From the NCBI RefSeq assembly GCF_001194135.2, contig NC_068988.1, forward strand, positions 57,584,783 through 57,622,468: DNA of 37,686 nt. The letters are read 5' to 3'. The position numbers were made by a program, and so were the translations under genes. The notes under the pieces are model-generated. The model was not told the DNA's origin and ran no database searches. It worked only from the letters and a program-made list of their open reading frames with translations. Positions 9,283 through 20,965 of this stretch are shown here, one piece after another; within the stretch, counting starts at the first letter, position 1; every line of letters begins with the position of its first letter. This DNA comes from Octopus bimaculoides (taxonomy: Eukaryota).

Positions 9283-9628
9283 TACGCTTTGAGTTCAAAT
9301 CCTGCGGCTTTGGTTGACTTAATCTTTCGACCATCCTGGGGTCGATGTGTTTGTGTGTCTGTGTTTGTTCTCCCATCATCGCTTGACAACCGATACTGGT
9401 GTGTTTACGTCTCCGTATCTTAGCCGTTCGGCAAAAGAGACCGATAGAATAAGTACTAGGATTACAAAGAATAAGTCCTGGGGTCGATTAGCTCGACTAA
9501 AGGCGGTGCTCCAGCATGGCCACAGTCAAATGATGAAACAAGTAAAAGAGTACCAGTTGCGTACTGGAGTCGCTCTAATCGACTGCCCCCACCCCCAAAT
9601 TTCGGGCTCTGTGCCTAGAGTAGAAGAG
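9283..9628 (+). mobile_element. SINE family B interrupted by a family A tail (9345-9551)
   Basis: B 5' part TACGCTTTGAGTTCAAATCC...CCTGGGGTCGAT, then the A tail (TGTGTCTGTGTTTGT...AAGTAAAAG), then B resumes with AGTACCAGTTGCGTACTGG...TGTGCCTAGAGTAGAAGAG. Confidence 0.7.
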
Positions 9629-9647
9629 AATAATAATGATGATAATT

Positions 9648-9790
9648 CTTCCTAATTTTGGCAAATGGCTTGAAATTTGAGGGGAGGGGGAGGGGGCTAG
9701 TCGATTATATCGACTCTAGTGCTCGACTGGCCCATTTTTTATCGACCAGGAAAGGAACAAAGGTAAGGTCGACGTTGGTGCTATTTGAAA
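9648..9790 (-). mobile_element. SINE family B, diverged
   Basis: GAAATTTGAGGGGAGGGG...AGTCGATTATATCGACT...TTTATCGACC..GAAAGGA..AAAGGTAAGGTCGAC, colinear with 5036-5180. Confidence 0.65.
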
Positions 9791-9866
9791 ACAAGTACGG
9801 TACTTTTAACGCTAAATGCGTGTTTTGTTCTATAAAGCATTGAATTCCATAACTGTTTTCAGTATA

Positions 9867-10403
9867 TTCTTTTATTCTTTTACTTGTTTCGGTCATTTGA
9901 CTGCGGTCATGCTGGGGCACCGCCTTTAGTCGAGCAAATCGACCCCAGGCCTTATTCTTTGGAAGCCTAGTACTTATTCTATCGGTTTATTTTGCCGAAC
10001 CGCTAAGTTACGGGGACGTAAACACACCAGCATTGGTTGTCAAGCAATGTTGGGGGGGGGGACAAGAACACACACACACAAACATATACATACATTATAT
10101 ATATATATATAATACAAATAAAATGAGAGTATATGCATATATACGTACATGTATGTACATACCTACATCTACAGGTATATATAGATGCATATCTGGGTAC
10201 AGGATGTCACAAGAAAACGTGGGCAATATATATTTACACGATGGGCTTCTTTCAGTTTCCGTCTACCAAATCCACTCACAAAGCTTTGGTCGGCCCGAGG
10301 CTATAGTAGAAGAGACATTTGCCCAAAGTGCCATACAATGGAACTGAACCCGGAACCATGTGGTTGGTAAGCAAGCTACTTACCACACAGCCACTCCTGT
10401 ACC
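9867..10403 (-). mobile_element. full-length SINE family A
   Basis: Tail 9867-10070, internal AT/AC microsatellite, head 10238-10403 ending ...CCACACAGCCACTCCTGTACC. Confidence 0.9.
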
Positions 10404-11309
10404 TATGTATTACTATTATACTATTATTATTTGGCTTGTATTCCGTTCGCCAGCTTATCTCTAGATTAAATACCAGAGTCGTACTACAACTGGCTACAGG
10501 AATGGAGTGAGAAAGCCGCTGCTGAGCTCAACTTGTAATCAAAGACTGCATGACGCGCTTCACAGAGCCTTTTATTTGCGTACGTGCGTGCGTAAATGCA
10601 TGCAGATATGCACACACACACACACAGATACATGCATACATGCACATATAAGACACATAGGAAGAGAGAGAGCGAGCGAGAGGGAGAGTAACATAATACA
10701 GTATCGGTAAATCGAGACTGTGACATAATTTTGATTCCAAGCAGCATGTGCCTCACATTATTATAATTTTCCGTGAACTGACGCTGAAGCCTTTACGCAA
10801 TTGCAAGAAATAGCAGCAAAATCTCTCCTGAAAATCACACAAAGAGTTTCCATGTAAAAAAAAAACAAAAAATGTAAGACATTAATAATGTAGTCCTAGA
10901 TACGTTAAGTCTTAAACGGAAAAATATATCGGCTAATAAGGATTGGAAAACATTTAATAACAGGTAGGCCTGATGGATCAGAACTAGGCTGGGATTAAAC
11001 AAAACCGCCAACGAGCTGGCCTGAAGACTACGTGGGCGTTTGACTTGCTAGAAATATTAACCAGACGTTCCTCGAATCACGTTTTGTCATCTTTAAAATT
11101 CCAACGAACACAAAAGAGGATGTAGTCTTACATTTACGAAAAGACGGGATGGTCCTAACAAACATATATAACCATTTTCACAACCGTTTCGGGTCCTCTG
11201 CTACTTAATGTTACCCTCACGCCGATCCTGCTCCTCCGCATCATCATCATCATCAGTAATATATGGGGAAGCATGATTTTCATCACACCTTTATTTTCCT
11301 TATTCCATA

Positions 11310-11345
<36 letters not shown>

Positions 11346-11563
11346 CACGCGAAAAGGGAAGGTTGAAAAGTTAGTGTGGATATCTGCATATGTATACATA
11401 TACATTATATGTACATGCAAACACACACATATCTTCGTGTGTGTAATAAAAAAAGGTAAAACGGCGGTTGTAAAATGGATGCCATTCACGAGGTCGTAAT
11501 TAACATAAAACGATAAAATGTTTGACTACCAAGAAGCGAAACCGGAACATCTTGCTTCGCTGT

Positions 11564-11710
11564 AGCCAATGTCTCGCGAGACAATGTCGGGCGATATGAG
11601 ATGAGGAGTGGGGAGAGGTCAACGCATGATGCATTGACGGTGTAAAGTCAAGGTGGTGGTGTCGTGGAAAAGATGAATGAAAGCGGGGGTGTTTCGAGGG
11701 GGGGGGGCGG
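11564..11710. promoter_or_regulatory. candidate CpG-rich promoter: CCAAT + TCTCGCGAGA palindrome + GC box
   Basis: AGCCAAT 11564-11570 directly precedes the perfect palindrome TGTCTCGCGAGACA (11570-11583). GGGGCGGA lies at about 11704-11711. CpG-dense sequence with no recognisable repeat. Motif evidence only. Confidence 0.35.
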
Positions 11711-12098
11711 AAGAATGGAGGTAAAAGATGACGGGTAGAGGTAAACGTAGAAACATCGATTTAGACAGGATGGTCATTTTCAAGTGAGAAGATCTGGCGA
11801 AAGGTCTTTTTTATGACGGTGTATTTAGAATGAAAGAAAGAAAGAGACGGGTGAGAGCTGGGAAAAGAGAGGAGACAAGAAGGAGAGAGAGAGAGAGAGA
11901 GAGAGAGGAGGGGGACACAGAGAGTGAAACTGAAAGAGAGACTGTTGCAGGTGTTTAAATACCGAGTTGGAAGACACATATCTTTATAAGTATGTATGTC
12001 TGTCGGGTGGGGAATGATATCCAAGCCTTTTGCCAATATCAACAAATACGTATGTGCGTATACGTATGTATGTATGTATGTATGGATGGATGGATGAT

Positions 12099-12129
<31 letters not shown>

Positions 12130-12424
12130 CATGTGTGTCTATTTATGTGTGCGTATGCATCATGTATATACGTGTATATATTTTTATGTATTTCAGTCTC
12201 TGTATGTGTACATATGTATGTATGTATGTATGTATAGATATAAATCTATGTATGTGTGTGTGTGTGTGTGTGGATATGATGATGTTTGTGTTTGTTTGTG
12301 TGCCGTATAAGAACCGCTGAATAAATTTAGAAAATAACGAAACCAATTCCTGCACGACTAACCAATGCCACAATTTCGACCCCCAACGCCACCACCACCA
12401 TACGAACCAACGACAGTCTTCATG

Positions 12425-12950
12425 TGATAGCTAAAGGTATTAGAAATGGCAGCCAATTCCCTCTCAAATTTCACCCTTTCGTCCTGCAAAAAGAAAAAAA
12501 TAACACACTAGATAATGTAGCCTGGTGTATACAACAGCTACAAAAGACAGGATGGTCGTTGCTGGAATGCCTTTGATAATAGACCGGGGCCAAACAATAT
12601 CGTATCTACGAAAAAGGCACGTATTTGGTCCCTTACATCACACTTTACCGTCTGTAAAAATATAGGGCACATTGGATAATGCTGGCCTGTCTTGGGTGGA
12701 TTGTCTTCCATCATAGGTTTGACCTAGGGTTAAACACCAACCTCGATAACTCTTCTCCGGCGTCTTAACGTAGTCGCTTGACCTGTTAGAAATCCCAGTC
12801 ATGTCCCCATCAATTCACACACACCTTACTGTTATAATTTTTAAAAATAAATAAATAAATAAAAGGGACACAAAATGTGATGGCTACGGATGGGATGCCG
12901 TTGCTCACACGTTTGCTCGATTTGGACTGACCAAGGGCTAAACAACAACG
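12425..12950 (+). mobile_element. family X, tandem diverged copies
   Basis: TTAGAAATGGCAGCCAA (about 12440) and TTAGAAATCCCAG (about 12786), each followed by a GGATGG and a GACC..GGG(T/C)TAAAC segment. Confidence 0.6.
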
Positions 12951-13000
12951 AACAATAAGGAGTCGGTAACTATCTGCTCCTGTTACACTGCAGTTTATCT

Positions 13001-13036
<36 letters not shown>

Positions 13037-13454
13037 GAGGTAAAGGGGAGATGGATATTGGTGGTGGTGGTGGTAGTGTTGTTTTAACCCTCTAAGGGAG
13101 TAGAATTTCTTTTGGGTATTACAGGAAAGTGAAAGGGATTTCATCCATGACTACAGTAGTCCAATGTATAGTATTTCTTCAGTTGAAGATGATGAAGGCG
13201 AGGTAATTTGAGAGTAAGTTAACTGTTATTTCTAGCAAATCAAAAGACCATGCTTGCTAAGACGGAAGCAGTCTTGTTGTTGTTGTTGTTGATCTCCAGG
13301 TCAACCCCGATCGAGTAGATCCATGATCAAAGGCAGTCCAGTCATGGCTATCTAGTCATTTCTCTACATGCAGGGAACTCAGAACCTCATTATCGAATGC
13401 ATCCCTTTTCCTAAGACGGTGTGTGGGTGTGATTTGAAGAGAATTTGACTGATA

Positions 13455-13960
13455 GGCGCAGGAGTGGCTGTGTGGTAAGTAGCTTGCTTACCAACGACAT
13501 GGTTCCGGGTTCAGTCCTACTGCGTGGCACATTGGGCAAGTGTCTTCTACTATAGCCTCGAGCCGACCAAAGCCTTGTGAGTAGATTTGGTAGACGGAAA
13601 CTGAAAAGAAGCCCGTCGTATATATGTATGTATATATATATATATATNNNNNNNNNNNNNNNNNNNNNNNNNNNNNNNNNNNNNNNNNNNNNNNNNNNNN
13701 NNNNNNNNNNNNNNNNNNNNNNNNNNTGTGTGTGTGTGTGTGTGTGTGTTTGTGTGTCTGTGTTTGTTCCCCCAACATCGCTTGACAACCGATGCTGGTG
13801 TGTTTGCGTCCCCGTAACTTAGCGGTTCGGCAAAAGAGACCGATAGAATAAGTACTAGGCTTCCAAAGAATAAGTCCTGGGGTCGATTTGCTCGACTAAA
13901 AGGCGGTGCTCCAGCACGGCCGCAGTCAAATGACTGAAACAAGTAAAAGAGTAAAGAGAG
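13455..13960 (+). mobile_element. full-length SINE family A, inserted into a family X copy
   Basis: Head GGCGCAGGAGTGG..., gapped microsatellite, complete tail. The flanks GAATTTGACTGATA | ATATTAGCAGGTCGAGCGACC rejoin to the family X core. Confidence 0.9.
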
Positions 13961-14154
13961 ATATATTAGCAGGTCGAGCGACCTGTGGAGGGAAATGTGC
14001 TTGTTTTGTTTGTTTTATTTGAAAGTTGTTGAACTCCTCCCACACGTTGGATATGGGTAAACTTTCTGTAAACAAAACGACGCGGACGTGGCTTGAACCT
14101 CCACTCACTACGCCCCGGGGTTATCATATTGCTGTGCAGCGTTGTGACACTATT

Positions 14155-14552
14155 TACTCTCTTTTACCCTTTTACTTGTTTCAGTCTTTTGACTGTGGCC
14201 ATGCTGGAGCACCGCCTTTAGTCGGGCAAATCGACCCCAGGACTTATTCTTTGGAAGCCTAGTACTTATTCTATCGGTTCTTTTGCCGAACCGCTAAGTG
14301 ACGGGGACGTAAACACACCAGCATCTGTTGTCAGGCGATGTTGGGAGGACAAACACAGACACACAAACATATACACACATACATATACACATATATACGA
14401 CGGGCTTCTTTCAGTTTCCGTCTACCAAATCCACTCACAAGGCTTTTGTCGGCCGAGGCTATAGTAGAAGACACTTGCCCAAGGTGCCACGCAGTGGGAC
14501 TGAACCCAGAACCATGTGGTTGGTAAGCAAGCTACTTACCACACAGCCACAC
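14155..14552 (-). mobile_element. near full-length SINE family A
   Basis: Reverse complement of 13455-13960 with a short internal microsatellite; CpGs retained. Confidence 0.9.
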
Positions 14553-14820
14553 TTATAAAAAATAATTTTTTAAAAGGTAAGGTGACATTGTAAAAACAAT
14601 TGCTGTTGTTGTTAAGCCACAAGTCAGCCCTGATAGAGGCGAAGACCTATGATCAAATACAATCCAGTCATGCCCACTTCGTCTTATTTACAGAACTACA
14701 TCATTTCAACGTATCTTTCGTAGCCAACTCAGTAGGGACAGAGGTAGTCAAACGGTGTACTGCAAAGAGTAACCAGGTGAACCGCGGTTTAAAAAAAAAA
14801 CAATAAATAAATAAATAACG

Positions 14821-14981
14821 GGTAGGCTTGGCCCTGAGGTTAAGAAACTCGCTTTGCAATCACGTTGGTTTGAGGTTCAGTTTCACAGAGTGACACCTTG
14901 GTCAAGTACCTTCAACCATAGACCCGGACTGACTAATGCCTTGTGAATGAATATGATGGTCGCAAACAGCGAGGGAGCCTG

Positions 14982-15037
<56 letters not shown>

Positions 15038-15258
15038 ATGCATGCGGGTGTGTATGTATGTATGTATGCATGTCTATTCTCTAATTGTTTGACAACCGGT
15101 GTCAGTTTATTTACACTTCTGTAACTTAGAGGTTAAGCAAAAAAGATCGACAGAGTACCCGACTTAGAGAGTAAATAATGGGATCGATTTGTTTTACTAA
15201 ACCCTTAAAGGTGGTGCCCCCAGAATGGTCGCAGTCCAATGACTGAGACACATGGAAA
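14821..15258 (+). mobile_element. old SINE family A-related copy
   Basis: Diverged head (GGTTAAGAAACTCGCTTTGCAA...CACCTTGGTCAAG), (TG)n/(TATG)n, then diverged tail (TGACAACCGG...TAACTTAG...GGTGGTGCCCCCAG). Confidence 0.7.
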
Positions 15259-15528
15259 AAAACAATGGCCATAAAAAATCCAGGCTAATGGTTGAATATA
15301 TTGAAAACCATATCCTTCATAATTTTGCTATATACAATAAGCAATAGTTTCTTATAGATTTTCCTACATATTTTAACTATAAAACGCATTTTGATTTAAA
15401 ATTTCCATTTGAAGAGTGTTCCAGTAATTGCATATTTAATTTCTAGTGTACCGTGAAGTTACAAGGACTGTGAGCCAACTCATTAGGTTGTGCAATTCGG
15501 AGGGAGATCTATCTGTTATTTCTAGCAG

Positions 15529-16165
15529 GTCATGCCTGACGCTAAGGGGATGCACTGGACGGTACTTCCCCCTCACTACTCAATATAGTTTACAAAAATC
15601 TTCCTGTAATGCATTTCTTAAAGTCTGACTAACATGCCCGTCGCTAAGGGAGTGCAGGAGTGTACTGGATGGCATTGCCCCCTCTCTATTCAATGGTGCG
15701 CCCCTTTAGAAAATACAGTTTACAAAAATTAGTGCCCACCCAGAACATTCTGAAGCACTCCCAGGCACCAAAGTCTGGTGACGGGTCTGTAGCAGGATGC
15801 AACTACATACAGTGTCGTCTTAATGCATGGGCACCCGGAGGTGGGGACTACACGGGTTCAGGGGTCTGAATGCTAATCAATGATTGCTGTGATTGTGTAT
15901 GTAGGTGTGACCCCAGTACATTCTTTACTCGGAGTGGTGGTGGAGGGGCGGTCTGTAATTTTGAGGGCTCTGGCTGCATAGCAGCTCCTTGGTAGAAACA
16001 TCTTAAGGCATAGACACATTGAGCAGTTGTCCGAGAGCCCCACTTGTCTAAGGCCCAATTCTGATCTATGTATGCCGTGGCTTGCTGTCAACAAATAAAT
16101 ATTATAGAGCCCAGTACATTGACTTTTCTGGGGTGGGGGCTATAATGCCTACTAAGACGGCCCTG
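15529..16165. mobile_element. cluster of degraded hAT-like MITEs
   Basis: 15633-15789 has imperfect TIRs CATGCCCGTCGC / GTGACGGGTCTG, with a partial upstream duplicate at 15529. 15810-16165 has TIRs CAGTGTCGTCTTA / TAAGACGGCCCTG. No 8 bp TSD is preserved. Confidence 0.45.
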
Positions 16166-16957
16166 CTCCTTAGTGCTAGCATTGTTTGTTTAACCTAGGG
16201 GTCGGTCAATAACAGGTGAATCGTGGCCCACAAACGGGCTCTTGCAGTGTTTTCTGTAGGTGGGCCTTGGATCTTTTCTAAAACTATTTTCAAATTCGAT
16301 GTATTTCTTGACCATTGAGCAGTTAATGGCTTTTAGATAGTCGTCTGTATTTACGATTTGTTTGATTTTTGCTTACATAAGCATTACTTTTGATGGATAC
16401 ACGGTGATCGATACGTAAGATAAATAATATATACGTGTTGGATCATGAAAATGTAAAAATTCATTTAAAAAAATAGGCCTTTACGAAAATAGTTGCAGAT
16501 CTCTGGATTAACTGGCAGGTCAGCACTGGTCGAACTGGGTCTGCAATCAGGTCCGTATTAGCCATTAAGCAAAAGGAACACGTGCTTAAGGCACTGCAGA
16601 TATTTTTCCAGCTCCAGTATAAGGTTCCAAAGGGAGCATTTACAGCCATAAAAAGAAATGGTACAGGTATAGATGAAGGGATCGGTTTGATGGAAAGAAT
16701 GATTGGTAGTTAGTTCCGCTGAAAAGGAGGGTGTCGGAGAAGAAGGGGCAGGTATGGCAGCGGTAAAGGGATCTAGGTTGGGTGCAAAGGGATAAAGAAG
16801 GGATTATGTGGAAATTGCTCAGCTGAATCAGGAACCTACAGCGTTGAAAATTGACACTTTTTTTCGTGTTAACTTAGTTATTAGCAAATAATGTTTATAT
16901 TGTTTATTGTTAATTAATATTAAATAACTGAAATTAAAAACAGATTTCTATTTAATA

Positions 16958-17156
16958 TACGAGAGGGTGCTGAAAAGTTCCTGGCTTTGGCTAAAAGAAA
17001 ATACAGGAGGATTAGTTAATTATGATGATTTCATTCAACATATTCCCCTTCTCAGATTCACACACTTATTGCAGAAGTCCTTCAGTTTTTCTACGCCTTG
17101 TAAAAGAACTCAGAAGGTTGGGCCTCCAACCAGGAATCTTTCAGCAGCCCCTCGTA
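16958..17156 (-). mobile_element. internally deleted mariner element, TA TSD
   Basis: 25 bp TIRs CGAG(A/G)GG(G/C)TGCTGAAA..TTCCTGG match at 21/25 with TA on both sides. The minus strand encodes QGVEKLKDFCNKCVNLR, then after a frameshift GEYVE*, like the mariner transposase C-terminus (GIxKLxxRWxKCxxxxGxYVE). Confidence 0.85.
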
Positions 17157-17369
17157 GTTGTAGGGTGGCTGTCTGGCTGGTGGATGGGGAGATGGCCTGG
17201 AAGAAAACTAAATGTTTAATCTCATATTTCACATTCAGCACTTATCACTTATGTCTTAATGTAATGTCAGACAATGGCAGGGTCAAGGAGACATCGCTAG
17301 GCTGTGCTTAACAATGGTTAGGTTGTGTTCAATCAGGTCCACCCCATTCCGCCTTTTGTTTTGTTTTAT

Positions 17370-17795
17370 AGGCGTAAGGTTGGCTGCGTGGTTAAGAAAC
17401 TCGCTTTGCAACCATGTGGTCTCGGGTTCTGTCCTACTATACGGCAACTTGAGCAAACGTCTTCTACCATAACGCCAGACTGACTCAAACCTTGGAAGTG
17501 GAAATTGCGTAGAAGGCCGTCGGGTATGTGGGTGAGTGAATCTGTCTGTCTGTATGTATGTATGTACGTATGTGCATATATGTGTGTGCTTGTGTTTGTC
17601 CCTCACGAATCACTTGACAACCGGTGATGGTTTGTTTGCGTCTTCATAAGCTAGCGGTTCGGCAAAAATAATCGACAGAATAAGTACCAGACTTTGAAAA
17701 ACAAAAATAAATGTTTAGGGGTCGGGGTCGATATGTTCGACTAGACTCTTCAAGGCGGTGCCCCAGCATGGCACAGACCAATGATTAAAACGAAG
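17370..17795 (+). mobile_element. old SINE family A-related copy
   Basis: Diverged head and tail with a central microsatellite. Many CpGs retained despite divergence. Confidence 0.7.
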
Positions 17796-17824
17796 TGTTC
17801 TTCATTTTTTTTTCAAGCTTGGTA

Positions 17825-18490
17825 AGGCGTAATTTCAGGATGTTTTGGCTGTTATTTCAAGCACATCGAGACATTCATTCGAAATACTGCTCTTATCATT
17901 GTTTAACCTCCTGTCAACCTTGGTCAAATGGACCTCTGACCAAAGACCTTCCAACCATGACCTCCAGTCTAAAAATACAACGTAATATAATGGATACTTT
18001 CAAATATATTTTGTTCTTTTAAGGATATTTAGCTGTTGTTTCTAACAGATTGAGATACAGCATAGAGGATGCACACGTTGTTGTTGATGATATTGTCAAC
18101 TTTAAACAGACTAATTATCATCACAGCTATTCCAGACATGACCATCCCGTCTGTTGGTGGTTATTATGTATCTATGACTCGGCTACACTCTATTCAATGT
18201 GTCCTTCCAATTTTAATACAATATGATATAATTTGAAGAGAATTCTGGTTATTATTTCTAGAAGGTCGAGCTGCCATGTAGATTCGTCGTCATTATTGTT
18301 GTAAAAGCCCCAGGTCGACCTTGACTGAGCAGACTTATAATCATCGGCGTTCCAGTCGAGACCACTCAGTCTAAACCCAAAACCGCTACATCTAACAAAT
18401 CCTTTTGTTTCAAAGGCAAGGTACGAGATTTAGAAGAGATCTTGTAGCTATTTCTAGCAGGCTAAGTGACCACACATAGAATCCTGCGTT
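17825..18490 (-). repeat. family X head-to-tail array, 4 units
   Basis: Core (A/G)TTTC(T/A)A at 17854, 18038, 18254 and 18450, all in the same orientation. TGACC/GAGACC.....GTCT segments lie between the cores. Confidence 0.65.
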
Positions 18491-18639
18491 TGCTTGGTTT
18501 GTTGGTAGTAGTGACGGCTGTGATGATAATGTTCAAAGTCGCAATAATGTTGCAGTATATGTGTATATGTGTGTATGTATGTTTTTGTATACATATATAT
18601 GGGTATGTACACACACACACACACACACACACATTTATA

Positions 18640-19000
18640 TTCTTTTATTCCTTCACTTGTTTCTGTCATTAGATTGTGTTCATGCTGGAGCACCGCTTTG
18701 AAGCATTTTAGTTGAACGGATCGATCCCAGCCTTTTTTTTTTTTCATTTTAGCCTGGCACTTATTCTATCGACCTCTTTAGCCGAACCGCTAATTTACGG
18801 GGGCGTAAACACACCAACACCGGTTGTCAAGCAGTGGCCGAGACACACACACACACACATGACGGGCTTCTTTCAGCTTTTTGTTTACCACCAAATCCAC
18901 ACACAATGCTGCGGTAGGAGACACTTGCTCAAAGTGTCACGCAATGGGACTGAACCGGGAACGATGTGGTTGGGAAGCAAACTTCTTAATCACACAACCA
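18640..19000 (-). mobile_element. SINE family A, diverged, internally deleted
   Basis: Tail motifs (CATGCTGGAGCACCGC, GCCGAACCGCTAA) and head motifs (GACGGGCTTCTTTCAG, GACACTTGCTCAAAG) on the minus strand. Confidence 0.8.
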
Positions 19001-19112
19001 CGAATCGACAGAAGTTATACAGTGACTCGAGGGCTGATAGTTTCATTTAGTGACACGATAAAGTGCAGGGCACGAAGGCAATGGCACATACATACATACA
19101 TACATACATACA

Positions 19113-19438
19113 TACTCTTTTACTTGTTTCAGTCATTTGACTGCGGCGACCCCAGGACATATTCTTTGTAAGCCTAGTACTTATTCTATCGGTCTCTTTT
19201 TACCGAACCGCTAAGTTATGGGGACGTAAACACACCAGCATCGGTTGTCAAGGGATGTTGGGGTGGGGGGCAAACACAGACACACACACATATACATATA
19301 TATACATATACATATATACGACGGTCTTTCAGTTTCCGTCTACCAAATCCACTCACAAGGCTTTGGTCGGCCCGAGGCTCTAATAGAAGACACTTGCCCA
19401 AGGTGCCACGCTGTGGGACTGAACCCGGAACCATGTGA
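19113..19438 (-). mobile_element. SINE family A, 5'-truncated, deletion in tail
   Basis: Close match to 14155-14552. Stops at GAACCCGGAACCATGTG. Confidence 0.85.
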
Positions 19439-20139
19439 CAGACAGACAGACAGACAGACAGACGTACGTATACACACACACACACACACATATATACTCA
19501 TGCTTTTGTATTCTACTTTCCAGTTTGTATCATCAAAACCCCAGAGTGCGCGGTTGTGTGTGTGTATGGTTTGCGTGTGTGCGTGGGTGTGTGTGTCTGT
19601 ATACGTGTATGTGTACGTGTGTGTGTGTGTGTGTATGTGTCTGTATAGCAAAAACACAAAAACTAACAAAAACAACAAAAAAAACAATAACAGGGTATGA
19701 AGGAAGAGAAATAGGAAGGTAATAAGAAGATTCATCGTTATGGTAACAGCGCCTACCAGGCAGGTTCTCTTTTTTTTTGTTTTGTTAATCNNNNNNNNNN
19801 NNNNNNNNNNNNNNNNNNNNNNNNNNNNNNNNNNNNNNNNNNNNNNNNNNNNNNNNNNNNNNNNNNNNNNNNNNNNNNNNNNNNNNNNNNNNNNNNNNNN
19901 NNNNNNNNNNNNNNNNNNNNNNNNNNNNNNNNNNNNNNNNNNNNNNNNNNNNNNNNNNNNNNNNNNNNNNNNNNNNNNNNNNNNNNNNNNNNNNNNNNNN
20001 NNNNNNNNNNNNNNNNNNNNNNNNNNNNNNNNNNNNNNNNNNNNNNNNNNNNNNNNNNNNNNNNNNNNNNNNNNNNNNNNNNNNNNNNNNNNNNNNNNNN
20101 NNNNNNNNNNNNNNNNNNNNNNNNNNNNNNNNNNNNNNN

Positions 20140-20376
20140 ATATATACACACATATAGATACATAACAGGCCACACACGTATACACAATGTTACATATATT
20201 ACATGTATATATATATTATATACGTCTGCCGATAATGATACATCATACGGTTTATTATATACAAGCAATTGTAATGTAAATGAGTACATTGGAAAATAGT
20301 GTTGTGGTAGATACTAGCTAGTTAAGTAGTTACTGCTACTATGTTGCGTGGGTGTATGAGTGTGTGTGTATGTATG

Positions 20377-20408
<32 letters not shown>

Positions 20409-20418
20409 NNNNNNNNNN

Positions 20419-20450
<32 letters not shown>

Positions 20451-20965
20451 CACATACATACATTGACATGCATATACACGTACATATATTTAAATATACA
20501 TATATATACATATACATACATATATTTATACGCACACATACTTACATACACGCATGCATATATATATATATATATGCATATACACGTGCATATACATACA
20601 CAGGTATTCATACACATATACACGTATATACATGTATACACAAATCCACATACGCATAGTTACATACATACATATACATATACATACATATGCATGTACA
20701 TACACACATATACATATACACACAAACAGATTCACATCCATAAACATACATATGCATTAGATACATACATGTATACACGCATACGGACACACACATGTAC
20801 ATACATACACACACATGTATAAAAACAGACATATACATACACACACATGTATACAAGTACACACACACATGCACAGCACACGTTTAAACACGGAAACACA
20901 CACACACATGTATACACACAGGTACATACACAAGCACATATACATACACAGGCACATGTGTGAGT
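20140..20965. repeat. compound (AT)n/(AC)n/(ATAC)n microsatellite field
   Basis: Direct reading. Confidence 0.9.

Noticed and set aside
10453-10505. possible 53 bp exon LISRLNTRVVLQLATGM
   Set aside because: Non-consensus exon end, competing equally weak minus-strand signals, and an unrecognised peptide.
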